In this document: in pieces, positions 63,728 to 64,000 of the stretch
How positions within the stretch are numbered: the stretch's first letter is position 1
Layout of the letters: each line of letters begins with the position of its first letter
Source of the DNA: Thermoplasmata archaeon
GTDB taxonomy: Archaea > Thermoplasmatota > Thermoplasmata > Lutacidiplasmatales > UBA184
Assembly (NCBI GenBank): GCA_027314165.1
Contig: DAHVCH010000008.1
Span: 27,274-91,273 of the forward strand
DNA length: 64,000 bases
Direction of reading: 5' to 3'
Notes under the pieces: model-generated
What the model was told of the DNA's origin: nothing
Seen by the model: the letters and a program-made list of their open reading frames with translations, nothing else
Database searches by the model: none
Position numbers and translations under genes: made by a program

Positions 63728-64000
63728 ACGGGGCCCCCCTGGAGGCGGAGGGCCTCACCCTCCGTTACGGCGAGCGCACCGCCCTGAGGGGCGTGTCCTT
63801 CCAGACCGCTCCTCGTGAGCTCGTGGCGCTCGCGGGCCCCAACGGGTCCGGCAAGTCCAGCCTTCTCCGAGCGGTCATGGGCCTCGAGCGCCTCACCGAG
63901 GGGAGGATCGCGGTTCGCGGGAAGGACGCCCGCACGCTCACCCTCCAGGAACGGGCGCGAGAGGTCGCCTGGATGCCCCAGGAGGAGCCGGTGGGTGAGG
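63724..64000 (+). CDS. btuD: ABC transporter ATP-binding protein (BtuD/FepC-like), truncated by the window edge
   Basis: ATG 63724 overlapping the permease stop; Walker A GPNGSGKSS; Q-loop AWMPQE. Confidence 0.85.
   Translation, partial: MNGAPLEAEGLTLRYGERTALRGVSFQTAPRELVALAGPNGSGKSSLLRAVMGLERLTEGRIAVRGKDARTLTLQERAREVAWMPQEEPVGE

Noticed and set aside
1-64000. Mobile elements, prophage, integrases, rRNA or tRNA genes
   Set aside because: No transposase, integrase, terminal inverted repeats, viral genes or structural RNA signatures were recognised by eye; a covariance-model scan would be needed to exclude small RNAs.

Overview
High-GC archaeal chromosomal window (about 70% GC by eye), most likely from a Thermoplasmata lineage of acidic habitats. 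The archaeal call rests on archaeal-type thrS, dph5, split guaAA, tes, aIF1/SUI1, class III-signal pilins and GAGGTGA-type Shine-Dalgarno sites; the finer placement is inference. About 58 genes. Housekeeping: thrS, dph5, guaAA, SUI1, hsp20, tes. Lipid/CoA metabolism: two thiolases of different classes, an HMGCS-like/DUF35 fusion, ubiX and an MMPL exporter. Transport and cofactors: an ABC-2 exporter, a complete kdpFABC operon (kdpF is missing from the ORF track) and a corrinoid cluster (cbiA, btuFCD-like genes, a signal-less Cys-rich BtuF paralog). Surface: many glycoprotein-like proteins (PKD, Ig-like, Asp-box propeller, SGNH, G1 peptidase) and pilins, one with an internal stop and a frameshift. 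No rRNA, tRNA, CRISPR array or mobile element was seen. Best leads: (1) kdp flanked by a pseudo-receiver gene and a tandem-USP gene with no kdpDE in view; (2) a mycobacterial-type MTHFR homolog with no in-frame ATG/GTG/TTG start; (3) a probably inactive STAND ATPase-TPR downstream of a tandem AbrB-like gene; (4) the corrinoid cluster; (5) a TTG-initiated SUI1. All family assignments come from motif recognition and memory; no database search was run.
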